From an uncultured Oligoflexus sp. (GTDB taxonomy: Bacteria; Bdellovibrionota_B; Oligoflexia; Oligoflexales; Oligoflexaceae), in assembly GCA_964236955.1 (NCBI GenBank), contig CAXSGP010000012.1, positions 1 through 64,000 on the forward strand: a DNA stretch of 64,000 nt. Reading direction: 5' to 3'. Within the stretch, counting starts at the first letter, position 1. Every line of letters begins with the position of its first letter. Positions 19,438 through 29,318 of the stretch are shown here, in pieces. A program made the position numbers and the translations under genes. A model generated the notes under the pieces. It saw only the letters and a program-made list of their open reading frames with translations, did not search any database and was not told the DNA's origin.

Positions 19438-20439
19438 TTAAACGTAAGCCGACTCGCCTCCGGAAGCGATGATGATCTTGCCTTCGGCTTCAAGTTTACG
19501 GGCCACCTGAACGATTTCATATTGGATGGATTCAACATCGGAGAGTTTGACGGCTGACATCGCCTCCATATCCTCCTTGAGCATTTTCGCCGCCCGTTCG
19601 GACATGTTGCGGAAAACCAGTTCAGCCACCGCTTCGGACGCTGTTTTCAGTGCGATCATCCATTGTTCCGACTTCACGGCCTTGATGATCTCCTGGATCC
19701 CTTTATCATCGATCTTAGCCAAGTCATCGAAGACAAACATAAGCTGTCTAATCTGCTCTGCCAGCTCCGGATCCCGTTCCTCAAGGTTGTCGAGTATCTG
19801 TTCTTCCGTCGCTTTGTCGATGAGGTTGAGCATCTCGGCAATGGGCTCGACCCCACCAATTTTCTGGCTGGAAATCGATCCGAGCGCTTGAATTTCATTC
19901 CTGAGGACGTCATCGACTTCATCGATTATTTCGGGAGCCACGGCATCGAGGTTGGCAATACGCAGGATGATCTCGGTGTGGAGGGCTTCCGGCAGGAGTT
20001 TCATGACCTCGCCGCATTTCGCCGGGTCAAGGTGAGCCAGGATCAGGGCGATGGTTTGCGGATGTTCGTTACGGATAAAGTTGGTTAGGGTCCTCGGATC
20101 GATAAGTTCAAGGGCGTCGAGATTTGCCGACGATCCAAGCGATAATTGTTCGATCAGATCATCTGCCTCACCGCTCTTAAAAGCGTTGCCGATGACTTTC
20201 ATGGTGAAGTCGTTGCCACCGTAGAAATACTTTTTGTTTTGCTGGAGAATCGCGTAGAACTCCATCATCACTTCATCGATGATCTCTTGTTCCAGGCGGC
20301 CGAGCCGGCTCATGGCGGTACCGATTCGTTTGATCTCGAACTCGGTCATGTTCTTAAAGATCTCTGCCGAGATTTCCTCACCAAAGGAAAGCAAAAGGAT
20401 TGCCGCTTTCTGGGCTCCGGAATACTTATTGGTCGGCAT
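19438..20439 (-). CDS. fliG: Flagellar motor switch protein FliG
   Basis: GAQKAAILL, EHPQTIALILAHL, GGVEPIAE, MFVFDDL, NMSERAA. Confidence 0.95.
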   Translation of the reverse strand: MPTNKYSGAQKAAILLLSFGEEISAEIFKNMTEFEIKRIGTAMSRLGRLEQEIIDEVMMEFYAILQQNKKYFYGGNDFTMKVIGNAFKSGEADDLIEQLSLGSSANLDALELIDPRTLTNFIRNEHPQTIALILAHLDPAKCGEVMKLLPEALHTEIILRIANLDAVAPEIIDEVDDVLRNEIQALGSISSQKIGGVEPIAEMLNLIDKATEEQILDNLEERDPELAEQIRQLMFVFDDLAKIDDKGIQEIIKAVKSEQWMIALKTASEAVAELVFRNMSERAAKMLKEDMEAMSAVKLSDVESIQYEIVQVARKLEAEGKIIIASGGESAYV

Positions 20440-20784
20440 GGGCACGAGCTCCTTTGAACACCTGGGTCTATAAACATTCTAAGTCCCGTGGTGTCAAAAG
20501 GTAAGGCCCGTCACAGCTTTGGCACGATAAAGCAAATCGACCTTTCCAAAATTGCGGGGAAACAGAAGCGGTTTCGCAAGCTTCGCTTTTGTTTAGAAAT
20601 TGGCGGGATTCCCCTGCAGAAATTTCCCAGACCGCCATTTCTTTGCGGGTTTACGGCCCACCGGCTTTTGCATCGGGGCCGGCCGGCTCTAGCGGCGGAG
20701 GCCGCTGCCGCACGCGGCGATCCCAAAAAATGTTTACCCCCTAGTACAAGAGGCGTATGCTTTTCATTCATGGAGGATACAGCG

Positions 20785-21945
20785 ATGGATGACTTGCTAC
20801 AGGCCGGTATCCTAACCATAGGCACCGAAGTAAGTACCGGTCAGATTCTAAATCGAAATACGGCATGGATAGCCAATCAGCTAAACGATCTCCGTATGAA
20901 TCCCGCTTGGCATTTAAGCGTCGCCGACCTTAAAGGCGACATGCTCGATGCCTTGCGTTTTCTGCAGTCCAAAACCAAGCTGATTATTGTTACCGGGGGC
21001 CTCGGTCCAACCTCGGACGATTTTACGCGGCACATCATCGGGGAATGGGCAAAGGCTCCCCTCGTCTTTGACGAAGCCTCCTGGCAGCATGTGATCGACA
21101 GGTTTATAAGCCTCGGCGTGCCCACCGCTCCGGAAAGCAATCGGCAGCAATGCTTTTTTCCAACCGGCTCGCGGATTCTGAATAATCGTAAGGGCACAGC
21201 CCATGGCTTTCGCATCGAAGCCAACGGTGTCCTTTGTTTTGTCTTGCCAGGCCCTCCCGAGGAAATCAAAGCGATCTGGCAGGATCATATCCGAAAGGAA
21301 TTAAGCCAGCGCAGCGCGCAGGCCGATGCGCTCGAACTCTTTCGCTGGCATTGCCTTGGCCTGAGTGAATCGAAGCTTGGTGAAATGGTGGAAGAACTGA
21401 TTCAGGGATCGTCCCTGGTCGCTGGATATCGGCCCCACCTACCCTATGTCGAAATTAAAATATGGTGCAAAACAAGCCAGAGAGACAAAGAGCAGCCCAC
21501 CCTCGATAGGATCGACGCTGCAATCGCCCGTTGGGTGATGGGTAAAGACGACGAGGACCTCCTCGATCGCCTGATGCCGATACTGGAACGTTTCGATGAA
21601 GTCGTGATCGACGATCAGGCCTCGCTTGGCGCGATATCCCAACGCCTCGGGCAAAAATGGACGCCGGACTTCCCAACCAAATTAACGATCAGTGACTACT
21701 TTACCCCGAAAAACAAGATCCCCGACATCTCCGGCAGGAACAAACTGCATCTGATACTGGGTGCTCTCGATGCGGAAGGATCCTGGGATATCTGGTATAA
21801 GACCTCTGAAATGCAAAAACTGCAGACCCTGAAATTGCCCTTTCAACGCAATACCAAACGCATGGATCGCGAGCGATTGTATGTGTGTGAGCTGAGCCTG
21901 GCCGCTTTTAGCCGTCTGGCGGATAAAGGAAACCTTATCCTATGA
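20785..21945 (+). CDS. cinA: CinA-like protein (MocF-type domain plus degenerate C-terminal domain)
   Basis: LTIGTE, TGGLGPTSDDFT, LPGPPEE; start at ATG 20785 after GGAGG. Confidence 0.82.
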   Translation: MDDLLQAGILTIGTEVSTGQILNRNTAWIANQLNDLRMNPAWHLSVADLKGDMLDALRFLQSKTKLIIVTGGLGPTSDDFTRHIIGEWAKAPLVFDEASWQHVIDRFISLGVPTAPESNRQQCFFPTGSRILNNRKGTAHGFRIEANGVLCFVLPGPPEEIKAIWQDHIRKELSQRSAQADALELFRWHCLGLSESKLGEMVEELIQGSSLVAGYRPHLPYVEIKIWCKTSQRDKEQPTLDRIDAAIARWVMGKDDEDLLDRLMPILERFDEVVIDDQASLGAISQRLGQKWTPDFPTKLTISDYFTPKNKIPDISGRNKLHLILGALDAEGSWDIWYKTSEMQKLQTLKLPFQRNTKRMDRERLYVCELSLAAFSRLADKGNLIL

Positions 21946-23015
21946 CCTACCCACCGCTTTGGTTACGCCTGCTCCTCTGGCCCTTGTCATGGCTTTATTC
22001 TGGAGTCACGCGGGCCAGGAGAAACTGGTACGAGCGGGGCTTTCTTTCGTCGTTTCCACTGGAAGGAACCGTGATTTCCATAGGCAATATCGAAGCCGGC
22101 GGCACCGGAAAAAGTCCGATGACCCTTGAGCTTTGCCGCGTTCTGTTGCAAGGCGGGGCGCGTCCCGTGATCCTCACCCGCGGTTACAAGAGCGGACTTT
22201 CGCCCAAGGAATCGGCCGTCCTGCTTGGCGAAAAGGTGATTCTTCAGGCGCAAAATACCCTGAATTTCGTAGCGGATGAGGCCCGCATGCAGGCGGCCGC
22301 GCTGGAGGCGGTCCCGATCATAGTGGGCAGCGATCGCTATACCGCCGCCAAGCGCTATCTGGAAAATTACCCCGCTCCCACTCATTGGATACTGGACGAC
22401 GGCTTTCAGCATCAGCGCATAAGACGCGATATCGATATCGTGCTACTCGATGCTGAGCGTCCCTTCGATAATGGCCATTGCCTCCCGGCCGGACTGCTCC
22501 GAGAAGGAAAAACCAGTCTTAAAAAAGCGGATTGGATAATCTTTACCAGGGCCGAAACCGACCATCCCAACGCCGCTGTTCGCGCCGTGCTTGCCGCATA
22601 CTCCGTCCCTTTTTCCTCGGTGAATTTTATCAGTGGCGAACCACGACCCATCAAAGAAAGTGCCCCGCATTGGCGCATAATCAAGGCCTGGACTCTGGGT
22701 TTGGGACTTGCAAAACCCGAGCGGGTCGAAGCCGGTATCAAAAAATTCAATCTCCCCGTACGCCATCGCGTAAGGAGCGCTGATCATGAGATTTTTGACA
22801 AAAAAAGCTTGACTCTCTGTCTGGATTCCAGCGAAGCCCTGCTCATTACTGAAAAAGATTACTGGCGCGAGAAACCCTACTTCGACTTGCTGGCAAAGCC
22901 TGTCTATGTCATCCCTCTGTCGATCAAATGGCAGAAAAATGAGTCCTTTATACAGATACTGGAAGTCTTAACAAAAAATTTACCTAAAAATTTTCAATTA
23001 AAATCAGGCAGTTAA
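21942..23015 (+). CDS. lpxK: Tetraacyldisaccharide 4'-kinase
   Basis: ISIGNIEAGGTGKSP, LTRGY, LDDGFQH, LPAGLLRE, ITEKD. Confidence 0.93.
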   Translation: MTYPPLWLRLLLWPLSWLYSGVTRARRNWYERGFLSSFPLEGTVISIGNIEAGGTGKSPMTLELCRVLLQGGARPVILTRGYKSGLSPKESAVLLGEKVILQAQNTLNFVADEARMQAAALEAVPIIVGSDRYTAAKRYLENYPAPTHWILDDGFQHQRIRRDIDIVLLDAERPFDNGHCLPAGLLREGKTSLKKADWIIFTRAETDHPNAAVRAVLAAYSVPFSSVNFISGEPRPIKESAPHWRIIKAWTLGLGLAKPERVEAGIKKFNLPVRHRVRSADHEIFDKKSLTLCLDSSEALLITEKDYWREKPYFDLLAKPVYVIPLSIKWQKNESFIQILEVLTKNLPKNFQLKSGS

Positions 23016-23017
23016 CC
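22968..23017 (+). promoter_or_regulatory. Putative Pho-box repeats upstream of phoB
   Basis: TTAACA (22968), TTTACC (22979) and TTAACC (23012), all in 11-bp phase. Confidence 0.55.
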
Positions 23018-23128
23018 TCCTTTTTGAGAGCTTTGAAACAGCTTGCGGCAGGGCCGCGCCTTATCCTTTGCTTTTCGGCGTGAACTCACCTATAAAACAG
23101 GCGATTCCACCCCCAGCGAGGTAAAACC

Positions 23129-23836
23129 GTGCAGCATATTTTGGTGATTGAAGACGATCCCGATATCCGCGAACTGATCGGTTACAATCTAAAACGCGAA
23201 GGCTTCGAACTGATCCTTTGCACGAATGGCCAGGACGGACTCGACGCTGCACTGAACAATACCATCGATCTAATTATCCTCGATCTCATGATGCCCAAAC
23301 TCAACGGCATCGAAGTCTGCAAGCGCATTCGGGAGACCCCTGAAAAGCGCAACATTCCGATCATCATGCTGACGGCCAAATCAGAGGAAACCGACATTGT
23401 GTTCGGACTGGGTGTCGGTGCCGATGACTATATTATCAAGCCTTTTGGCCTCAAAGAATTAATAGCACGCGTTTATACCAGGCTCCGGACCTTTCCAAGT
23501 CCCATAGCCGCTACGCCCGCAGCGACTCGGATCGATCATGACGTTTTGCGTCAGGGCGATGTTGAGATCGACAGAGCCCGGTTTCATATCAAAGTTTGTG
23601 GAACTCAGGTGCCGATGACGCTGGCTGAGTTTCGCCTGTTCGATGCCCTGGTTTCGCGCCCTGGCATCGTCTTGTCCCGCGATCGCCTGCTCGACGCCGT
23701 GACCGGTGGGGAAGGTGTTCTGATCGACCGCAATATCGATGTTCATGTCCGTTCCATCCGCAAAAAGCTTGGGGAATCGCGCGACCTCATCGAGACTGTC
23801 CGTGGTCTGGGGTATAAATTCAGGGAACTTCAATGA
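23129..23836 (+). CDS. phoB: OmpR/PhoB-family response regulator
   Basis: IEDD, LDLMMP, LTAK, GADDYIIKPF and a winged helix (DVHVRSIRKKL, ETVRGLGY); adjacent to the pst operon. Confidence 0.88.
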   Translation: MQHILVIEDDPDIRELIGYNLKREGFELILCTNGQDGLDAALNNTIDLIILDLMMPKLNGIEVCKRIRETPEKRNIPIIMLTAKSEETDIVFGLGVGADDYIIKPFGLKELIARVYTRLRTFPSPIAATPAATRIDHDVLRQGDVEIDRARFHIKVCGTQVPMTLAEFRLFDALVSRPGIVLSRDRLLDAVTGGEGVLIDRNIDVHVRSIRKKLGESRDLIETVRGLGYKFRELQ

Positions 23837-25257
23837 TGCGTTCCAAATTTTTTTGGAAGAACTTTCTATCGTTCGTGGTGATCATTTGTTTCACCACCTT
23901 CGTCGTTTCCTACCTCCTCATCATCCAGTCGCAGCAGTTTATCGAATCGACCGCCACCGACAGCCTTCAGGAAAAGCTTGTCATCTTCGGGCCCTACTTC
24001 GAAGATGGCGTCAGCTGGCGCGAGCCCGAAATGGTGAAGAAGATTCAGGAGATGGCGCGCGAAGCCAAGACTCGCCTGACCGTTCTCGACGAAAATGAGA
24101 ACATCCTGCTCGAATCCGACGTCAATGAAGTTCAGATTGCCGAAAACCAAAGGCTAAGACCGGAGCTGAGACAGGCCAAAGTTCAGGAGCTGGGTCGGGC
24201 GAAGAGGATTTCGCCTATATCCAAACTTGAAACCCTCTATTCAGCCAAAAAAATCACGACGCCTAAAGGCAACCTCCTCCTAAGAGTCGGTGTGCCTATG
24301 CACCGACTGGAAGAACGGCTCAAGGAAATCTTTATAGCTCTGGCCGTGGGCGCAGCGTTCGGCATGCTCCTCTCGGTTTTGATCGCCTTGATCCTCGTGC
24401 GCCGTATCACTGATCCCGTATCGGAGATGACCAAGGTTGCCGAAGCTATTTCTCACGGCAACTATGCGGCCCGCATAAGGCGGCTGCCTGCCAACGAACT
24501 GGGGACCTTGGGAGAAGCGATCAACCGCCTGGCCGAGGCGGTGCAGGCAAATATTTCAAGACGTGAAAAGATGGAAAAAATCCGTCGTGAATTTTCGAGC
24601 AATATCTCCCACGAACTCAAAACTCCACTGACCTCGATCAAAGGCTATGCCGATACGCTGATCGAAGGGGCGATCGACGACAAAGAGAATAACCTCAGGT
24701 TTCTGCGCATCATCAATAGCAACGTCGAACGCATGATCAGTCTTGTCAACGAAAGCCTCAACCTTGCCACCATTGAGGCCAATGAAGGCATAGTCGAATT
24801 ATCGGCCGTTGATTGGAAGCCCATCGTCCAGGAAGCTGTCAATCGCCATCAGATCCGTATGAACGACAAAGGCATAGTTTTCAAAAATACCAGCACCACC
24901 AATAAAGTGGTGGTGCGTGGGGATCGAAAGGCGATGTTCCATATCCTCGATAATCTCCTGCAGAACGCTGTGAGTTATACTCCGCCAAATGGCGAGGTTG
25001 AACTCCATATCGCTTCGAAAAATACATACTGCGAACTCTCGGTGCGTGACACGGGCATTGGTATTGCCAGGTCCGATCAGGCGCGCATCTTTGAACGTTT
25101 CTACCGTGTCGATGAAGCCAGAAACCGCAATGAGGGTGGCACCGGACTTGGCCTAGCCATAGTGAAGCACCTTGTGATACAAATCCAGGGTACCATCCGG
25201 GTCGATAGTGAATTGAACCGAGGCTCGAAATTTACAGTTCGTCTTCCTTCCGTGTAA
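23833..25257 (+). CDS. phoR: Sensor histidine kinase (PhoR-like; HAMP, HisKA, HATPase)
   Basis: Two TMs, NISHELKTPLTSIKGY, NLLQNA, DTGIGI, FERFYRVD, GGTGLGLAIVKH. Confidence 0.88.
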   Translation: MMRSKFFWKNFLSFVVIICFTTFVVSYLLIIQSQQFIESTATDSLQEKLVIFGPYFEDGVSWREPEMVKKIQEMAREAKTRLTVLDENENILLESDVNEVQIAENQRLRPELRQAKVQELGRAKRISPISKLETLYSAKKITTPKGNLLLRVGVPMHRLEERLKEIFIALAVGAAFGMLLSVLIALILVRRITDPVSEMTKVAEAISHGNYAARIRRLPANELGTLGEAINRLAEAVQANISRREKMEKIRREFSSNISHELKTPLTSIKGYADTLIEGAIDDKENNLRFLRIINSNVERMISLVNESLNLATIEANEGIVELSAVDWKPIVQEAVNRHQIRMNDKGIVFKNTSTTNKVVVRGDRKAMFHILDNLLQNAVSYTPPNGEVELHIASKNTYCELSVRDTGIGIARSDQARIFERFYRVDEARNRNEGGTGLGLAIVKHLVIQIQGTIRVDSELNRGSKFTVRLPSV

Positions 25258-25395
25258 TAGGGCCTAGCATTGCAACAATTTGCTTCCCCGCGAGCCAGAG
25301 AGCAGGTATAAAACGAGCCATCCGACTCACTTTTGAATGTGGCGCGTCGTTTTGGATAAGACGAGGTCAAAATAAACTTAACGCTTCATGCTGGC

Positions 25396-25412
25396 TTTAT
25401 CTCAACTTAACA
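25396..25412 (+). promoter_or_regulatory. Putative Pho box upstream of pstS
   Basis: TTTATC-N5-TTAACA, plus an extra half-site TTAACG at 25378. Confidence 0.45.
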
Positions 25413-25547
25413 TAAGTCCTGTAAATGGCACTTGAGCTATCCGAGCTTGTTTGAAAGTGGTGAAAACGAAGAGCATCGCTGGCTACAACGGTCTGGGATA
25501 CATATAAGTTGATAGACGGCTTCTCTCATTAAAATCGGAGTGGAATC

Positions 25548-26474
25548 ATGAAAAAGACAATACTAAGCGTCCTTTTGTTTGCAACGGCTAGCCACTGTTT
25601 CGGTGGCGACAAAAACCTCAAGGGCGAAGTTAAACTGGACGGATCAAGCACCGTTTTCCCCATCGCCGAAGCAGCAGCTGAAGAGTTTCAAAAAGAATAT
25701 CCTAATATCCGCGTCACTGTTGGAGTGTCCGGCACCGGCGGCGGTATGAAAAAATTCACTATCGGTGAAATCGACATCGCCAACGCATCCCGTAAGATAA
25801 AAGATGACGAAGCGAAAAAAGCCGCTGAAAACAAGGTCGACTTCCTTGAACTTCCCATCGCCAATGATGGTATCGCCGTCGTTGTTAACCCAGCCAACAC
25901 TTTCGTTAAGTCTTTGACTGTCGCTCAACTCAAAGCCCTTTGGGAACCAGGCAGCAAAATCAAAACCTGGAAAGACCTCGATCCAAGCTGGCCAGCAGAC
26001 GCGATCAAACTCTATGGCCCCGGCGCTGATTCCGGAACCTTCGACTTTTTCACCGAGCACGTCATGGGCACAGCCCGCCTGTCGCGCGCTGACTATATCG
26101 CCAGCGAAGATGACAACGTCCTTGTCACCGGCGTGAGCAAAGACAAAAACGCACTTGGCTATTTTGGATACGCTTACTTTTTCGAAAACCAAAAAGCCAT
26201 CCGTAACATACCATTAGCCGGCAAAGACGGAGTTGTTATCGCGCCAAATCCTGAAACAATCGAAAAAGGCACGTATACCCTGGCTCGCCCCCTCGTCATC
26301 TATGTCAACAAGAAATCTGTGATGAAGCCGGAAGTTAAGGCCTTTGTCAGCTACTTCCTCAAGAATGCCGCCAAACTCTCTAAAGAGGTTGGTTATGTTC
26401 CTTTGAAGGAAGCTGTTTATACCGATGCGATCAAAAAGTTTGACGCCGCGGTTTCTGGAAAAGCTTCTCACTAA
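25548..26474 (+). CDS. pstS: Phosphate ABC transporter substrate-binding protein
   Basis: DGSSTVFP, SGTGGG, DSGTFDFF, LGYFGYAY. Confidence 0.95.
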   Translation: MKKTILSVLLFATASHCFGGDKNLKGEVKLDGSSTVFPIAEAAAEEFQKEYPNIRVTVGVSGTGGGMKKFTIGEIDIANASRKIKDDEAKKAAENKVDFLELPIANDGIAVVVNPANTFVKSLTVAQLKALWEPGSKIKTWKDLDPSWPADAIKLYGPGADSGTFDFFTEHVMGTARLSRADYIASEDDNVLVTGVSKDKNALGYFGYAYFFENQKAIRNIPLAGKDGVVIAPNPETIEKGTYTLARPLVIYVNKKSVMKPEVKAFVSYFLKNAAKLSKEVGYVPLKEAVYTDAIKKFDAAVSGKASH

Positions 26475-26484
26475 GAGGTGATTC

Positions 26485-27396
26485 GTGACGAGCCAGCTTT
26501 GGGCCAAAATTAGTCCATGGCAACGATGGCGTGAACGGATGGTAGTTAGAGGCCTCGCTTTTACAGCGTTGGTCTCTATTTTTACAACCGTCGGCATCAT
26601 CTTTATCCTTGGTGAAGAGTCGTTTCAGTTCTTCTCCCAGGTCTCGGTGAGGGAGTTTTTCTTCACGACCACGTGGGCTCCGCTCTTTGAACCTCGCTCG
26701 TTTGGCGTTTGGCCTTTGATCAATGGAACGCTTATCATTGCGGCAGGGGCCATTGTTTTCGCGCTTCCCCTTGGTTTGGGGATTGCCATCTATACCTCTG
26801 AATATGCGACGGGCTGGTGGCAAAAAATCCTCAAACCCCTGATGGAAATCCTCGCCGGCATTCCTTCCGTGGTTTACGGCTTTTTCGCCCTGACTCAGGT
26901 GACGCCTTTTCTCCAGAAAATCTTCCCCAATATAGAAGTGTTCAATGCGCTGAGTGCGTCTATCGTTATTGCCATTATGATCCTCCCAACCATTGCCTCG
27001 ATCTGTGACGATTCGCTGCGGGCGATACCTGAGGCTGTCCGCGATGGCGCTTACGCCCTCGGCACCCGTAAATCAGAAGTGACGCTGCATATCGTTGTGC
27101 CCGCTGCCCTTAGCGGAATTTTAGCTTCCTTCATTCTGGCCTTTTCCCGAGCCATCGGCGAGACAATGGCCGTGACCCTCGCCGCTGGCGCTACCCCCCG
27201 AATGACCCTCAATCCTTTGCTTGGTGTCCAGGCGATGACCGCCTATATCGCTCAGGTTAGCCTTGGCGACGTCGCCCACGGAACTGTCGAATATCAATCG
27301 ATTTTTGCCGTGGGACTTGTGCTGTTCGGCATGACTTTGGGCATGAACCTACTCTCGCAATTCATAGTCAAACGCTATGCTAGGAAGTATGAATGA
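26485..27396 (+). CDS. pstC: Phosphate ABC transporter permease
   Basis: LAGIPSVVYG, SRAIGETMAV. Confidence 0.95.
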   Translation: MTSQLWAKISPWQRWRERMVVRGLAFTALVSIFTTVGIIFILGEESFQFFSQVSVREFFFTTTWAPLFEPRSFGVWPLINGTLIIAAGAIVFALPLGLGIAIYTSEYATGWWQKILKPLMEILAGIPSVVYGFFALTQVTPFLQKIFPNIEVFNALSASIVIAIMILPTIASICDDSLRAIPEAVRDGAYALGTRKSEVTLHIVVPAALSGILASFILAFSRAIGETMAVTLAAGATPRMTLNPLLGVQAMTAYIAQVSLGDVAHGTVEYQSIFAVGLVLFGMTLGMNLLSQFIVKRYARKYE

Positions 27397-28340
27397 ATCC
27401 TACCGAAGGCACTCTTGACTCGCAGTCGAATCCCAAGGCTGATGCGGGAGCAACGGACCATGTACCGGCTCTTCAGAACCCCTTGTTTCAAAACCCCAGG
27501 GCCGCCCGCGCTTTAAAAGAGAGATTCTTTTTCATGTCCATACTCACGGCCACCTTTATGGCCCTGGGATTTCTCTTTTATCTGCTCTTTAGTATTGGCA
27601 GTCAGGGATGGGAGCATATCAACTGGGGTTTCTTCAGCAACTTCCCCTCACGTTTTCCTGCCAAGGCTGGTTTTAAATCCGCTATCTATGGAACCGCCTG
27701 GTTGGGTGGTTTGACCCTGTTATTCTCAGTTTCCTTTGGGGTGGGCGCGGCCCTTTATCTCCAGGAATTATCCATCAGAAATCGCTTCACCAGCTGGATC
27801 GAGATCTCGATCTCCACCCTTGCCGGCGTGCCGTCGATTATCTACGGCATGCTAGGTCTCGGCATCTTCGTCCGCTTTCTGGGAATGGGTCGATCGGTTC
27901 TAGCCGGGGCGTTGACCCTGAGTCTGCTCATTATCCCTGTGATTATCATCGCCGCGCGGGAAGCCCTGAAAAGTGTTCCCGACAGCATGCGCATGGCCGC
28001 CTTTGCTCTCGGCGCCAGCAAATGGCAGATGGTTCGGGATCATGTGCTACCTGCAGCCATACCGGGAATTGCCACAGGCGTGATCCTGGCTATGGCCCGT
28101 GCCATGGGAGAAGCCGCGCCTTTGATACTGCTCGGTGCTCTCACTTATGTCGCCTTCGTTCCGGCATCACCTATGGATTCGTTCACAGCGATGCCGATAC
28201 AGATATTCAACTGGACCTCACGTCCCCAGGAAGCCTTCCATGACCTCGCTTCAACTGGGATTATCGTCTTACTCGGCTTTCTGTTGATCTGCAATTCACT
28301 AGCCATAGTTATCCGTTTGCGTTGGGGAAGAAAATCATGA
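27393..28340 (+). CDS. pstA: Phosphate ABC transporter permease
   Basis: [20 protein letters not shown]. Confidence 0.95.
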   Translation: MNPTEGTLDSQSNPKADAGATDHVPALQNPLFQNPRAARALKERFFFMSILTATFMALGFLFYLLFSIGSQGWEHINWGFFSNFPSRFPAKAGFKSAIYGTAWLGGLTLLFSVSFGVGAALYLQELSIRNRFTSWIEISISTLAGVPSIIYGMLGLGIFVRFLGMGRSVLAGALTLSLLIIPVIIIAAREALKSVPDSMRMAAFALGASKWQMVRDHVLPAAIPGIATGVILAMARAMGEAAPLILLGALTYVAFVPASPMDSFTAMPIQIFNWTSRPQEAFHDLASTGIIVLLGFLLICNSLAIVIRLRWGRKS

Positions 28341-29104
28341 TGACTCAAAAATTCACGAGTCCGATCCTGGAAGCTCGCAACTTAAACCTTTATTACGGCA
28401 CCAAAAAGGTCGTAAAAAACCTTAATATGAAGATCGCGAAGAAGTCGGTCACGGCGATGATTGGGCCTTCGGGCTGTGGCAAAAGCACAATTCTCAGAAG
28501 CTTCAATCGCATGAATGACTTTATCGGTAGTTTCAACCACGAAGGCGAAATCCTTTTTGAAGGCTCCGACATCTATCACTCGAAGATTGACGTTACCGAA
28601 TTCCGTCGCCGCATTGGGATGGTCTTTCAAAAGCCCAATCCCTTTTCGAGTTCCATTGCCAAGAACATCACCTGGGGACCAAAGATAAATGGCTATAAGG
28701 GCGATTTGAACGAACTCGTCGAAACCTCTCTGCGCAAAGCCTCGCTTTGGGACGAGGTCAAGGACAAATTGAATGATAGCGGTTTAGCACTATCGGGCGG
28801 CCAGCAGCAACGTCTTTGCATCGCCCGCGCGGTGGCGATGGATCCCGAAGTGATACTGATGGACGAACCCTGCTCTGCCCTCGATCCGGGGTCGACTCTG
28901 GCTATTGAAGATCTGATCCATGATCTCAAGGAACATTTCACGATAGTAATAGTGACGCACAATATGCAGCAGGCTGCCCGCGTCTCGGAATACACAGCGT
29001 TTATGTATAATGGAGACCTGGTTGAGTACGGTCCAACGACAAAACTCTTCTCCACTCCCGATGAAAAATTGACTCGCGATTATATAGTGGGTCGATTTGG
29101 CTAA
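28337..29104 (+). CDS. pstB: Phosphate ABC transporter ATPase
   Basis: [46 protein letters not shown]. Confidence 0.97.
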   Translation: MMTQKFTSPILEARNLNLYYGTKKVVKNLNMKIAKKSVTAMIGPSGCGKSTILRSFNRMNDFIGSFNHEGEILFEGSDIYHSKIDVTEFRRRIGMVFQKPNPFSSSIAKNITWGPKINGYKGDLNELVETSLRKASLWDEVKDKLNDSGLALSGGQQQRLCIARAVAMDPEVILMDEPCSALDPGSTLAIEDLIHDLKEHFTIVIVTHNMQQAARVSEYTAFMYNGDLVEYGPTTKLFSTPDEKLTRDYIVGRFG

Positions 29105-29318
29105 ATCGGCCGCAAGCCGTCGGAATTTTTTCTTGCCAAGCAACGTCAGGCCCAGTTCTCTGGGTTTTTCTTTATAGTTCTTCCCCTCTACCGGTGTTAA
29201 AATTATGACCTTGTGAAAGCAGGCCCCACGTCCATTGCTGACATCTGTATGCTCAATAGGTCGTGGCTGTTTTTGCTAAAAAGTTCGTTTCACTATCCTC
29301 CTTCGGAATGAGTTGTAT

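Noticed and set aside
20488..20784. 99-aa N-terminal extension of cinA, and a sigma54-like TGGCACG at 20520
   Set aside because: The extension looks like translated intergenic DNA and a better SD/ATG exists at 20785. The GG-to-GC spacing is 9 rather than the required 10.
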